A stretch of DNA of 64,000 nt from a virus (taxonomy: Duplodnaviria; Caudoviricetes), in the IMG/VR virus record IMGVR_UViG_3300033073_000736, positions 1 to 64,000 of that record. One strand, given 5' to 3'. The translations under genes were made by a program, and so were the position numbers. The notes beneath the pieces were generated by a model. That model did not search any database, was not told the origin of the DNA, and was given only the letters and a program-made list of their open reading frames with translations. Shown here piece after piece: positions 17,175 through 26,084 of the stretch (its first letter is position 1; each line of letters opens with the position of its first letter).

Positions 17175-17598
17175 AGGGGCATATCAGTACGAAGGATTGG
17201 GTTGGTATCAAAATCAGGGCGGATTGGTAATTCCTATGGCCGCTGAAGCCGCAATGTTATATGGAAAAGATGTGGAAGAATACATCCGTACACATGATAA
17301 TGATTGGGACTTCTTGCTTCGTACCAAAGTTCCACGGAATAGTAGTCTGGTGTTGGTGTATGAGTTTCACGAGGAAGAGCAACAAAACATCTGTCGCTAC
17401 TACATTGCTAAAGAAGGGGAAGGTGGAAAGTTGGTAAAAATCATGCCACCACTTGAGGAAGGTGGGGAGGATAGGCGACTCGGTATTGACACGGAATGGA
17501 CAATCCTCACTTGCAACGATATGAAAGATTTTGACAGAAGCAAGATGAACTATGATTACTACGTCACTGAAGCAAAAAAGTTGATACTGAATGCTTGA
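17158..17598 (+). CDS. family B DNA polymerase, C-terminal (thumb) part
   Basis: MKVKRKGAY.Y...W.QN...LVIP.AAEA...DFLLRTKVPR continues the polymerase; own AGGAGA SD inside the endonuclease gene. Confidence 0.85.
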   Translation: MKVKRKGAYQYEGLGWYQNQGGLVIPMAAEAAMLYGKDVEEYIRTHDNDWDFLLRTKVPRNSSLVLVYEFHEEEQQNICRYYIAKEGEGGKLVKIMPPLEEGGEDRRLGIDTEWTILTCNDMKDFDRSKMNYDYYVTEAKKLILNA

Positions 17599-17624
17599 CA
17601 CCTCACACAAGGATGTGTGATAAT
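17595..17624 (+). promoter_or_regulatory. sigma70-type promoter TTGACA-N18-GATAAT with a CsrA-consensus palindrome in the spacer
   Basis: TCACAC-AAGGAT-GTGTGA at 17603-17620. Confidence 0.6.
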
Positions 17625-17661
17625 TCTTTCATCGAAACAGCAACTGATTTGGAGAAACAAA

Positions 17662-17961
17662 ATGATCATCCGTGAAGCCTCTCTATGCCTTCGCTTTTAT
17701 ACATCAGATGGCTGGACTAGAAGGGATGTTGTTGAACTGTTATACGTGATGAACAAGAGTAATTCACCAATCTATCACTATGTTTGTCCTCGTTGGTTTA
17801 GCAATAATGACAAAGATGCCGAGTACCGAGGATTCTTGTATGAAGACGGGTTGGAACATCTTGACTGTGACTACTATGCTGTGTATCATCCAAATGTCGG
17901 ATTTAAGGGGGAGAAGTTGAAGCAACATACAATTATTCCTTTTGGCTCTAGCTCTGTTTGA
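17662..17961 (+). CDS. hypothetical protein
   Basis: GGAG SD before ATG 17662. Confidence 0.65.
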   Translation: MIIREASLCLRFYTSDGWTRRDVVELLYVMNKSNSPIYHYVCPRWFSNNDKDAEYRGFLYEDGLEHLDCDYYAVYHPNVGFKGEKLKQHTIIPFGSSSV

Positions 17962-17985
17962 CAATTAATTTTACAAATAAATTGA

Positions 17986-18013
17986 TTGACATTGGCTGGA
18001 AACGTGTTATATT
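17986..18013 (+). promoter_or_regulatory. sigma70-type promoter TTGACA-N16-TATATT (extended TG)
   Basis: Motif match in an intergenic gap. Confidence 0.55.
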
Positions 18014-18085
18014 GAACGTACAACGTAAATGTTTTGGAGAGAGCCTTTCGGCTTCCATATCACTATCGTTCTATGGAGAATTGAA

Positions 18086-18313
18086 ATGAGTGCAACATAT
18101 CCGGGAAATGACTATCGTCCCGGCCAATACATTCGAGCCACTGTGTCTGACCCTGAATATTTCCAGATTGGACAACGTGGGAAAATCATTAGCATCATTG
18201 AAGATGATGCAAGCATCGACGGATACGCTTATTTCATTGAGTTTGTTGATGGAGAAGTGTATTGGTGGCTGGATTGTGATGAGTTTGAAATTGATGATAA
18301 ACAGAGGAATTGA
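18086..18313 (+). CDS. small SH3/KOW-like hypothetical protein
   Basis: GGAG SD; PGQYIR...GQRGKII...YFIEF beta-rich pattern. Confidence 0.6.
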   Translation: MSATYPGNDYRPGQYIRATVSDPEYFQIGQRGKIISIIEDDASIDGYAYFIEFVDGEVYWWLDCDEFEIDDKQRN

Positions 18314-18558
18314 AAATGGCTGAACTTGATATCCGTGATGACGCTGAAAATGAAATTATTGACACTATCCGCTTTGCTAAGGATGATATTGTGTCCAATA
18401 AGCATTGCTACACTGGCGTATTCTGTATTGCGTGTGATGGTGCAGTGGCAGGTGCAGCGATGAGAACGCAACCGGATGTTGCATATTTGTACATCAGAGA
18501 CATCCCCAACCTGATCAAAGCCTTGCAAAAGGCACAAGAAATTTGGGGGAATACATAA
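18310..18558 (+). CDS. hypothetical protein
   Basis: GAGG SD; operon packing. Confidence 0.65.
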   Translation: MKMAELDIRDDAENEIIDTIRFAKDDIVSNKHCYTGVFCIACDGAVAGAAMRTQPDVAYLYIRDIPNLIKALQKAQEIWGNT

Positions 18559-18761
18559 TGTCTTGGGAACCTGCATGTACTGCCCCTTGGAACAAGGAAG
18601 TGATTGTCAGGGGGGACAACGAGTATACATCAATGCCCAATTTTGTAATTAAGGCCATTCGTACATATGACAGAATGACTTGGGTGGACGCCACTGGAAC
18701 ACCGTTGACTGATAAGGGGTGGGTTCCTGAATGGTGGTGGAAACCAAGCAAAAACTGTTAA
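18558..18761 (+). CDS. hypothetical protein (DUF551-like)
   Basis: WEP..TAP..KEV.V...P.WW motif; TAATG overlap. Confidence 0.55.
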   Translation: MSWEPACTAPWNKEVIVRGDNEYTSMPNFVIKAIRTYDRMTWVDATGTPLTDKGWVPEWWWKPSKNC

Positions 18762-18786
18762 ACTAACTTTCTACGGAGAAACAACT

Positions 18787-19077
18787 ATGAATCGTAACAA
18801 ACAAACCGGACAAACTGGATTTCCTATTTTGTCCATCCTCTTCCTTATCTTCCTGACACTAAAACTGGCAGGAATTGGTGTTGTAGCAACATGGAGTTGG
18901 TGGGCGGTGACAAGTCCTTTGTGGTGTGTCCCGTTGGGTTTTGTAATTGTACTGTTTCTGATTGGTGTGCGAGTTCTATGGATTAAGTACACCAAGGGAG
19001 AGACGGAAAAGCAAGAGTACATTGATGGCCTTGAAGCCTGTATCGAGTCTTTGCGAATTGAGATTAACCAGAAGTAA
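18787..19077 (+). CDS. membrane protein
   Basis: GF.IL.ILFLIFLTLKL.G....WSWW.V.SPLW pattern, 2 TM; GGAG SD. Confidence 0.8.
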   Translation: MNRNKQTGQTGFPILSILFLIFLTLKLAGIGVVATWSWWAVTSPLWCVPLGFVIVLFLIGVRVLWIKYTKGETEKQEYIDGLEACIESLRIEINQK

Positions 19078-19151
19078 ATAACGAATAACGCAACAGCATG
19101 ACATTTTGTTGTGTTGTTGCTATAACGCTAACATTCAGTTAGCACATTGCG

Positions 19152-19209
19152 GCAAGTGGCCTGTTTTACAGGCTTTTGCACTTGCTTTACACTACACGTC
19201 TAAGGACGT
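19152..19209 (+). promoter_or_regulatory. structured leader of ssb (two hairpins)
   Basis: GCAAGTG/CACTTGC enclosing GCCTGT-TTT-ACAGGC; ACGTC-TAAG-GACGT. Confidence 0.5.
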
Positions 19210-19232
19210 TTACACAGAGAGAAAACTGAAAC

Positions 19233-19874
19233 ATGGAAACTATTAACAACGTTTGCTTCCTCTACACCAACATTCAACAACCGAAGAACAAGTACCAATC
19301 CGAAGAAAAGGAATGGAGCGTTCAGGTTGTTGTCAGTAAGGAAGACGCTAAGGCTTGGAACAAGAAGTTCCCCAAGCAAAAGGCAAAGCAATTCGATAAC
19401 GATGAGTTTACGGAAAAGTTCGACATCGACCCGCCGTTCAAGAATCAAGATGAACAGTTCACAATCAAGTTGGCTCGTGGCACTACCTACAAGGATGGCA
19501 ACCCTATCCCTGACAAGTATGCCCCGAAAGCGTACCTGAAGATTGGAAATAACAAGGTGCAGGACATCACCAAGACCAAGTTGGTTGCAAACGGAAGTAC
19601 AGGCAAGGCTGCATATGATGTTGTTGAGAACAGTTTTGGTACATTTGCCAAGCTGAACAGCATTTGTGTTGAACACCTGATTGAATACATCCCCGCTGGC
19701 GGCTCTGGCAGTCCGTTTGGGACGGTTGTCGAGGATGAAGTGGATGCTGAACGGCAAGAGACGTTTACCGCCCCTCCTGCGGCTCCCACGAAGTCTGGGA
19801 AGCCAGCAGCAAAGCCGAAGCAGTCTGAGCCAGAATCGGACGATGATTTTGACGACGAATCGGCTCCGTTCTGA
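19233..19874 (+). CDS. ssb: single-stranded DNA-binding protein, T7 gp2.5-like
   Basis: OB-fold-like core (NGS.G...Y...N.FG..AKL..I.V..LIEY) and acidic tail ending DDDFDDESAPF. Confidence 0.82.
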   Translation: METINNVCFLYTNIQQPKNKYQSEEKEWSVQVVVSKEDAKAWNKKFPKQKAKQFDNDEFTEKFDIDPPFKNQDEQFTIKLARGTTYKDGNPIPDKYAPKAYLKIGNNKVQDITKTKLVANGSTGKAAYDVVENSFGTFAKLNSICVEHLIEYIPAGGSGSPFGTVVEDEVDAERQETFTAPPAAPTKSGKPAAKPKQSEPESDDDFDDESAPF

Positions 19875-19886
19875 TAAATGACGACA

Positions 19887-19904
19887 AAGCACAAGGATGT
19901 GCTT
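19887..19904 (+). promoter_or_regulatory. hairpin AAGCAC-AAGGAT-GTGCTT matching the CsrA/RsmA consensus
   Basis: ACAAGGATGT in a 6-bp stem just upstream of the next gene's GAGGAG SD. Confidence 0.5.
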
Positions 19905-19923
19905 CTTATGAGGAGAGTAAACA

Positions 19924-20103
19924 ATGAACGAACGTGTTATACTTACAATGACCTTTGACTTGGAAATGGATTCAGAAGACTACGATCCAGAAGTGGATTA
20001 TATCCAGCTAGTTACAGATAGGGTTGAAGGGGTGGATTATATGTATAGTGTCGTAAATGCTAACATTATTGCTTATGAAGGAGATATTGAAGAAAATGAC
20101 TGA
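19924..20103 (+). CDS. small acidic hypothetical protein (59 aa)
   Basis: Read by hand; GAGGAG SD. Confidence 0.65.
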   Translation: MNERVILTMTFDLEMDSEDYDPEVDYIQLVTDRVEGVDYMYSVVNANIIAYEGDIEEND

Positions 20104-20419
20104 ACAAAAACGTAATGCCGGAAGGCCCAAATCGGAAGATCGGGCCTCTCTTGACGCCATTATGAAGAATGAAAAGACACGCGACCAATTCAAGCACGTT
20201 GTAGACAACCTTGTAACGTCTAAACTTGGTTTGATGATGAAGCAAGAGACACATTCTTCTGATATTGCGGGTGCTGCTGAAACATTCAAACTGTCTAAGG
20301 GGTGGTTGAATACATTGGTGAATGGCTTAGCTGCTGACAAGATTCAGGAAGTGGCTGAGAAAGGTAGTTTGATTGCTGAAGCTGTTGAAGAATTGTTTGG
20401 CGAAAATTCTGGAGAATAA
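20096..20419 (+). CDS. putative dsDNA-binding protein with N-terminal AT-hook-like GRPK
   Basis: KRNAGRPKS followed by a helical body; AGGAG SD before ATG 20096. Confidence 0.6.
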   Translation: MTEQKRNAGRPKSEDRASLDAIMKNEKTRDQFKHVVDNLVTSKLGLMMKQETHSSDIAGAAETFKLSKGWLNTLVNGLAADKIQEVAEKGSLIAEAVEELFGENSGE

Positions 20420-20422
20420 ATA

Positions 20423-21427
20423 ATGTCTCGTGTGCTGCTTGATGCAGAATTATTCTCATCAATTGATTTGTCTAAACGTACAGTGGTGATTGATGCGGAT
20501 ACATTGCTGTTTCAAGCAGCCGTGTGTCAGCAAAAAACCACATATCTTGTCACACACATTCCAACAGGTAATGGTGGATGGTTTGTAGAGAATAAGAAAC
20601 AATTCAAGGAATGGCTTGAAACAGAAGAAGCTGAAGGGTTTAACGAGGAAGATTATTCCCTCTCTCCTGTTGTTACGTTACATGGTGAAATCAGCTATGC
20701 CTGCCACACTTTCAGACAAAGGATTGAAGAAATTATTCGGAACACTAATGCTGACGATTTTCGTATATGTATTCAAGGGAGTGATAATTTCCGTAAGCAA
20801 CGAGAAGCTAAGTATGTTCGCTATAAAGCAAATCGAACAGGTGATAAGCCACTGTTGCTGAAAGAGCTTGCTGATTGGGTGAAGGTGAAGTACAAAGAGA
20901 AGTGTATTATTTCACAAGGGGAAGAATCCGATGACATCGTGACACGCTTCTCTGCTTTCTTTCTCAGAAATGCCAAATCTCGTGACCAGTACAAAGCCGT
21001 CATTGCTTTTGTTGATAAGGACATTGCTGCCAATCACATTGGCTGGAGCTACAATTACAACAAACCGGAAGATGGAATCTGGTGGAACAGCAAGAAAGCA
21101 ATGCAATACAATCACTGCATGATGGTGTTGACAGGGGATGCTGCTGATAACGTCACTGGTCTTGGTAAGTTGTCACCAGAGATTATTGAGAAATACGGCT
21201 TGCGTTCTACCAAGGGAGTTGGTAAGGTGAGTGCTGAAGCTATCCTGTCCGGTGCTGAAACAGAAAAGGAACGTTGGGAACGAATTATTGAAGCATACAA
21301 AGCATCATGGCCTGAAGATGGAATGGAACGTCTGGAAGAGATGAACTGGTTTATGTGGCTTCGTCGGACAGAGAATGAAGATTTCTGTTTGGATAAGTAT
21401 TTGAAGAAGATTGGGGTTGAATTATGA
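20423..21427 (+). CDS. 5'-3' exonuclease (T7 gp6 / flap endonuclease-like)
   Basis: IDADT, ESDD, DKD and GDAADN..GLG acidic motifs. Confidence 0.88.
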   Translation: MSRVLLDAELFSSIDLSKRTVVIDADTLLFQAAVCQQKTTYLVTHIPTGNGGWFVENKKQFKEWLETEEAEGFNEEDYSLSPVVTLHGEISYACHTFRQRIEEIIRNTNADDFRICIQGSDNFRKQREAKYVRYKANRTGDKPLLLKELADWVKVKYKEKCIISQGEESDDIVTRFSAFFLRNAKSRDQYKAVIAFVDKDIAANHIGWSYNYNKPEDGIWWNSKKAMQYNHCMMVLTGDAADNVTGLGKLSPEIIEKYGLRSTKGVGKVSAEAILSGAETEKERWERIIEAYKASWPEDGMERLEEMNWFMWLRRTENEDFCLDKYLKKIGVEL

Positions 21428-21621
21428 CTTACAAAATACAGTCGGCTACAGGTCACGGTACGGCCAAAGAGAAGAGAAGTCACCACGGCTGCGAGAAGAA
21501 CTGGAACCGCTATGGGGAACCTTTTGTACATCTTCTGCATGGTAGGATGAAGTTCCATACAACTGAAGAATGGCTATCGCGTAAACCTGTACCTACTTTG
21601 GAATTGAATTATGACACCTGA
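21424..21621 (+). CDS. hypothetical protein
   Basis: ATGA overlap. Confidence 0.45.
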   Translation: MTYKIQSATGHGTAKEKRSHHGCEKNWNRYGEPFVHLLHGRMKFHTTEEWLSRKPVPTLELNYDT

Positions 21622-22135
21622 TAACTCTGTAAAACTCCGTGTTGGCGACATCGTTCGGTGGGAGTATGTTGAAAACAAGTACACACCTGACCGCTACTGG
21701 TGTTGTTCCTGTATTGCTGAAGTGTTTGAGAATTTGGACGGGGAGTTGTGGCTGCATGATACCTATTGGGGAGATAGTAGTAACGGAAGAAGTTTCAGTG
21801 TAGATGAAATTGGCTCAAAAATTGAAGTGGAGTTCATTGCCAACATGAGCGACTTGGTTGCTTGCCGTGAAAGCGAATTTGCAATGTATTCTAAAGAAGA
21901 TTGTGTCAACCTCTCTCACCCAAACAGTAGAGGGCTTTACTATCTTCGCAAAGGTGCTAAGAAAGACGCAGGTAGGATAAGACGTTGCCTTGAGGCACAC
22001 AAGGAATATTATTTGAGGCAAAGTGAATACAACCGACAATACGCTGAAGATATGCAGAAGCGAATTGATACTTTTGATGAAAGCGATTTAGACAACATCT
22101 ACCTTCCGAACGAAAAGAACGTATGGTGGAAATAG
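21611..22135 (+). CDS. hypothetical protein
   Basis: 174-aa ORF. Confidence 0.75.
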   Translation: MTPDNSVKLRVGDIVRWEYVENKYTPDRYWCCSCIAEVFENLDGELWLHDTYWGDSSNGRSFSVDEIGSKIEVEFIANMSDLVACRESEFAMYSKEDCVNLSHPNSRGLYYLRKGAKKDAGRIRRCLEAHKEYYLRQSEYNRQYAEDMQKRIDTFDESDLDNIYLPNEKNVWWK

Positions 22136-22136
22136 A

Positions 22137-22385
22137 ATGATAATCAACACATACAAAGCCTACATTGCCACCAAACACGATGGCTCTCCAATCGTGGCCA
22201 GACGCATTTCCACATCTGGTTGGGCTTGGTATACTGTAGGACGCCACGGACAAATCGTGTCACCAGAGATTCCAGAAGAACATCTGAAGAACTTCAGCAT
22301 GATTGTACAAGGAAGTATGAAAGAAGGGTGGGCGACGGAGACGGTTTATGAAATTGCTATGCAAGAAGGGGAAGAATGTGTCTAA
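22137..22385 (+). CDS. hypothetical protein
   Basis: 82-aa ORF, tight spacing. Confidence 0.6.
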   Translation: MIINTYKAYIATKHDGSPIVARRISTSGWAWYTVGRHGQIVSPEIPEEHLKNFSMIVQGSMKEGWATETVYEIAMQEGEECV

Positions 22386-22968
22386 GAAAAAGGAGTACCA
22401 AGATAAGTTTCCAAACAAGGTGTGGCTAGACATGCCTGAAGTTTGGAAGACAGAGGCGGAATACTGGAAATACTTGCGTGGGCAAATGCGGAACATTTGG
22501 CGGTTCTTCCCTGTGAAGAACAAGTTCAAGGCGATGCAAATGGTTCCAGTATTTGAGGGGTGTGGAGTTACCAATCCGAAAGTTAAGAAGGTTGGGCAAT
22601 GTGCTTACTGTAAGAAATGGTTTGCAGCAAACAAACTACAAGTTGACCATATAGAACCGGCAGGTTCATTTAAGAGTTACGAGCAAGCGGCAGAATTTAT
22701 ATACAATTTGCTTACACCGATGTCTAATATGCAACTCTTGTGTGAAGATAACTGTCATTGCCTTAAGACCTACAGTGAACGCATGGGGATGAGCATGGAA
22801 GATGCTATTATCGAAAAGCAATGTGTTGCCTTCGGTAAACTTCCAGCAGCAGAGCAATCAAAGCGATTCATTGAGATTGGAATCAATCCAGATGAATATA
22901 GCACCAAGGAAAAGCGTAGGGACGCATATCGTGAACATTTAAAAACGGAGCGTGACAAAAATGCGTGA
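22378..22968 (+). CDS. HNH-family endonuclease (possible junction resolvase)
   Basis: CAYC...QVDHI...N.QLLC...CH..KT; sits in the replication cluster. Confidence 0.8.
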   Translation: MSKKKEYQDKFPNKVWLDMPEVWKTEAEYWKYLRGQMRNIWRFFPVKNKFKAMQMVPVFEGCGVTNPKVKKVGQCAYCKKWFAANKLQVDHIEPAGSFKSYEQAAEFIYNLLTPMSNMQLLCEDNCHCLKTYSERMGMSMEDAIIEKQCVAFGKLPAAEQSKRFIEIGINPDEYSTKEKRRDAYREHLKTERDKNA

Positions 22969-23173
22969 CCTAAAACCAACATATCGCGTGGCTGAACGTA
23001 ATGCGGTGTGTCGTTCCTGTAGTAAGACGATTGAGAAAGGTGAAAAAATGGTGAGTTGGTTCTCTCATTTGAACTCAGGCATGTGGATTCATCTTTGTAA
23101 GGACTGCTGCGCCCATCTCCGCAATCTAACTTTGGATGACAAAAATGCGCCTGATATTCAAGCAGACATTTGA
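22961..23173 (+). CDS. small zinc-finger protein
   Basis: CRSC...H.C..C. Confidence 0.6.
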   Translation: MRDLKPTYRVAERNAVCRSCSKTIEKGEKMVSWFSHLNSGMWIHLCKDCCAHLRNLTLDDKNAPDIQADI

Positions 23174-23366
23174 TGACAGAATGTTTCGTAACAAATATGG
23201 AATCCTGTTGAATGATAAATCCTTCACTGAGAAAGCCCTGAATGTTGCTGGCTTCTCCAACCCCTTGCCGAAAGGGTTGGCATTGTATTATTATGCACTG
23301 GCTGGACAAGGGAGGGTGGTGGTGGAAATATATAAGTACAGTGATAATGATGAGGAGAAGAGTTGA
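23136..23366 (+). CDS. hypothetical protein
   Basis: ORF track. Confidence 0.5.
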   Translation: MTKMRLIFKQTFDDRMFRNKYGILLNDKSFTEKALNVAGFSNPLPKGLALYYYALAGQGRVVVEIYKYSDNDEEKS

Positions 23367-24310
23367 TGCAACTAACAACGCCTGAATGGCTTGACAAATA
23401 TAAAGAACTGGTTGCATCTGGTCTTAGCCAGCGGCAGGCTTGTGCAATCCTTGGACTTGCTCGTGCTACAGTTTATGATACGTTGAAGAAGCAGCAAGAA
23501 ATGGACAATATCGCTACAGGGGAGAAGTCAAAGGGAATGCGTGTTCTTCTATGGGATATTGAGTCCGCCCCCCACCTCGGTTATTTCTGGTCACGATGGA
23601 AGCAGAACATCGGTAGCAACCAGATTGAGCAGGAAGGTGGGTACATGCTCAGTGCCGCATGGAAGTGGCTCGGAGAGGAAGAAGTGTTTCACGTTTGGGC
23701 AGATGACCCAGTACAAGGGAACGATGCCAATATCTGTGCAACCTTGTATGAGGTGATTGAGCAAGCTGATGTTATTATCGGACACAATCAAAACTCATTC
23801 GACTATCCAATGCTGAATGCGCGACTTGTACAGAATGGCTTCCCTCCGCTGAAGAATGTCAAGAAGATTGATACACTGCTAATTGCAAAGAAGAACTTTC
23901 GATTTGCAACGAACAAACTCGATGACCTTGGAAAGTATCTTGGTGTTGGGCGCAAGATTGATACTGGGGGGTTTGAACTGTGGCATCGTGTAATCACTGG
24001 GGATAAGGATGCTCTTGCTGAAATGGTGGACTACAACCGGCAAGATGTTGTTCTACTTGAGCGTGTCTATCTGAAACTGCGGGCATTTGATTACAATCCT
24101 GCTGCCAATGCCGGTCACTATTACAACGACAATCTTTCTCGTTGTCCTGTATGTGGTAGTAGTGATGTGGAAGAAACTGGTAATGCTTCCTACACCCCTG
24201 TCAGCAAGTTCGCAGAGATGGTTTGCAATGATTGTGGCCACCGAAGCCGGAAGCGACAGACATTGAATGACAAGGAAAAGCGATACAACATGTTAATCAC
24301 ACCAAAATAA
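23363..24310 (+). CDS. HTH + DEDD (RNase_H_2/YprB-like) 3'-5' exonuclease + zinc ribbon
   Basis: SQRQAC..LGLARATV HTH; WDIES, GHN..SFD and YNRQDV; CPVC...CNDC. Confidence 0.85.
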   Translation: MMQLTTPEWLDKYKELVASGLSQRQACAILGLARATVYDTLKKQQEMDNIATGEKSKGMRVLLWDIESAPHLGYFWSRWKQNIGSNQIEQEGGYMLSAAWKWLGEEEVFHVWADDPVQGNDANICATLYEVIEQADVIIGHNQNSFDYPMLNARLVQNGFPPLKNVKKIDTLLIAKKNFRFATNKLDDLGKYLGVGRKIDTGGFELWHRVITGDKDALAEMVDYNRQDVVLLERVYLKLRAFDYNPAANAGHYYNDNLSRCPVCGSSDVEETGNASYTPVSKFAEMVCNDCGHRSRKRQTLNDKEKRYNMLITPK

Positions 24311-24326
24311 AATGTTACATTATAAC

Positions 24327-24366
24327 GCTCTGGCAGCCTAACGGTTGTCAGGGCTTTTTCTTTTTG
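24327..24366 (+). terminator. Rho-independent terminator
   Basis: 12-bp stem with G-U pairs followed by TTTTTCTTTTT. Confidence 0.75.
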
Positions 24367-24384
24367 TGCTGTGTAAAAATGTTG

Positions 24385-24413
24385 TTGACACGAGGAATGA
24401 AGGGAAGTAAGAT
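24385..24413 (+). promoter_or_regulatory. sigma70-type promoter TTGACA-N17-TAAGAT
   Basis: Motif match; AGACAAACAAC leader. Confidence 0.72.
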
Positions 24414-24445
24414 GAGTCATCAAGACAAACAACTGGAGCAATATT

Positions 24446-24661
24446 ATGTCTTGCATTATCTTAGACGCAGGTGCATATCAGATGGCCGTCAATGTCCTCG
24501 AACGTGCTGGAAAGCACGAGGTTGTTGATGAGTTAAGGAAGACGGCTCGTATTATCGAACAACCAAAGAAGCAATGCTGCTGTTGTGGTACAACCGAAAA
24601 CCTCTTTAAAGACGGTTGGTACGGATGGCGTTGTAATAGCACAGGTTGTATAGTTTTCTAA
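24446..24661 (+). CDS. small Cys-rich hypothetical protein
   Basis: GGAG SD; C..C...C....C. Confidence 0.65.
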   Translation: MSCIILDAGAYQMAVNVLERAGKHEVVDELRKTARIIEQPKKQCCCCGTTENLFKDGWYGWRCNSTGCIVF

Positions 24662-24675
24662 AAGAGGAAGCAGTC

Positions 24676-25005
24676 ATGTACACAATCACATTCACAGCAA
24701 CATTCCCTGAAACACTTGCCAAGGCAATTCGTGAAACATTCTCCAAGCCGGGAATGTCTTGGCGGAACATGTCATTGCCACAGGAAATGTCTATCTGGCA
24801 ATCAATGGTTTTCAGACGCTTTGCCAATCACAGGGACAGTTATTACATTGGCGGGTGTTATGGCGAGAAAGATGTGTTGCTTTGGCAAGGAAATACAGTT
24901 ACAATGACTTCAACAATTCCAGCAGCAGAGAGTGATTTAGAGTGGTTGCTTGGCGACATGCTGGAGCAATGTGCTAGTTTAGATTGGACAATCGGAGAAG
25001 AATGA
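24676..25005 (+). CDS. hypothetical protein
   Basis: GAGG SD before ATG 24676. Confidence 0.65.
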   Translation: MYTITFTATFPETLAKAIRETFSKPGMSWRNMSLPQEMSIWQSMVFRRFANHRDSYYIGGCYGEKDVLLWQGNTVTMTSTIPAAESDLEWLLGDMLEQCASLDWTIGEE

Positions 25006-25652
25006 GAATGAGTGTTCTTGAACACAACCCATTTAAGGTGGGTGATAAGGTGAGTTTGAAGCAGAGTAGTTATGATTTTAACCCTAGACTTTGGGACGCA
25101 TACAGGGGCTACGAATACTCTTTCGTTACTGCTGTTGATGGCAATAAGATCACTACAAGTGAAGACAAGTCCTTCAGCCACTACACACATTTCGACTTTT
25201 ACAAAGAGGAAAAAGACATGACTCCACAAACAACTCAACAAACACAGCAAAAGACCAAGCGTGTTCCATTTACACATGAATTGTGGGAGAAGTGGAAAGA
25301 CAAGGGTGGAAAGGTGATTTGTGTCCCAACAGGAAAGCAAGTGTTACAACTTGCATATTTCCCTGAAGCTGACCATCGTTATCGCTATGTGTGTTTGACA
25401 ACACTTGGAAGCTGTACACACGCGACGGATACTGAATATCTTGCGCTTGAAATCCCTGTCACAACCAAACGCATTCCGTTCAACCCTGAATTGAAAGATG
25501 CTAAAGTGTTTACTAAAAGTCATAACCGCTTGGTTAAAGAGTGGCACATGTTTAGCACAGGGGTGGTGGCTACTCTTTGTGAGACTGACATCGTTGTGAC
25601 CAAACATGACTGTGGTGAACTTGAAATGGAAGTTGAAGAAGATGCCCCCTGA
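25002..25652 (+). CDS. hypothetical protein with FKVGDKV SH3-like N-terminus and an internal duplicated KR.PF unit
   Basis: ORF track; TKRVPF...KV and TKRIPF...KV repeats. Confidence 0.75.
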   Translation: MRMSVLEHNPFKVGDKVSLKQSSYDFNPRLWDAYRGYEYSFVTAVDGNKITTSEDKSFSHYTHFDFYKEEKDMTPQTTQQTQQKTKRVPFTHELWEKWKDKGGKVICVPTGKQVLQLAYFPEADHRYRYVCLTTLGSCTHATDTEYLALEIPVTTKRIPFNPELKDAKVFTKSHNRLVKEWHMFSTGVVATLCETDIVVTKHDCGELEMEVEEDAP

Positions 25653-25887
25653 ATCAAACACACCTGACAGCACTGTACACTTCACATTGTATCATCACAT
25701 CCAGTATGATATTGTCAATGCTAGTGCTTATGAGAGAGACACTATCGTTGCTAAGCTATGTGACAGTACGGTGGAGCAACGTTTCAATTCCGTCCCTGAA
25801 GCCCTTATTTGGCTTTTTGAGAAAGAGACTGGAAAGCAGCTTAAAGTGAAGCATTATTTTTCCGGGGCATTGCCATGTGCAAAATGA
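25642..25887 (+). CDS. hypothetical protein
   Basis: ORF track. Confidence 0.5.
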   Translation: MPPESNTPDSTVHFTLYHHIQYDIVNASAYERDTIVAKLCDSTVEQRFNSVPEALIWLFEKETGKQLKVKHYFSGALPCAK

Positions 25888-26072
25888 CTGGTTTTGATGT
25901 AATCTACGGAATTGCGGGAGTGACAATTGATCCGCATTGCTGTCGTAGAAATGATGGATGTACAGGTGGCGTAACGCTTGACGAGGCTTGTGAACTTGTG
26001 GCACAGTGGCATGAAGAGCAGGCTAATCTGTGGCGCAACCAAAAGCACCCTGACGCACAATATTTTGTTTGA
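25875..26072 (+). CDS. hypothetical protein
   Basis: ORF track. Confidence 0.5.
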   Translation: MCKMTGFDVIYGIAGVTIDPHCCRRNDGCTGGVTLDEACELVAQWHEEQANLWRNQKHPDAQYFV

Positions 26073-26084
26073 GGGAATGAGGAA

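Noticed and set aside
19077-19232. Possible tRNA in this gap or other intergenic gaps
   Set aside because: No cloverleaf or TTCG(A/R) T-loop was found by eye; a tRNAscan/ARAGORN run would be decisive.
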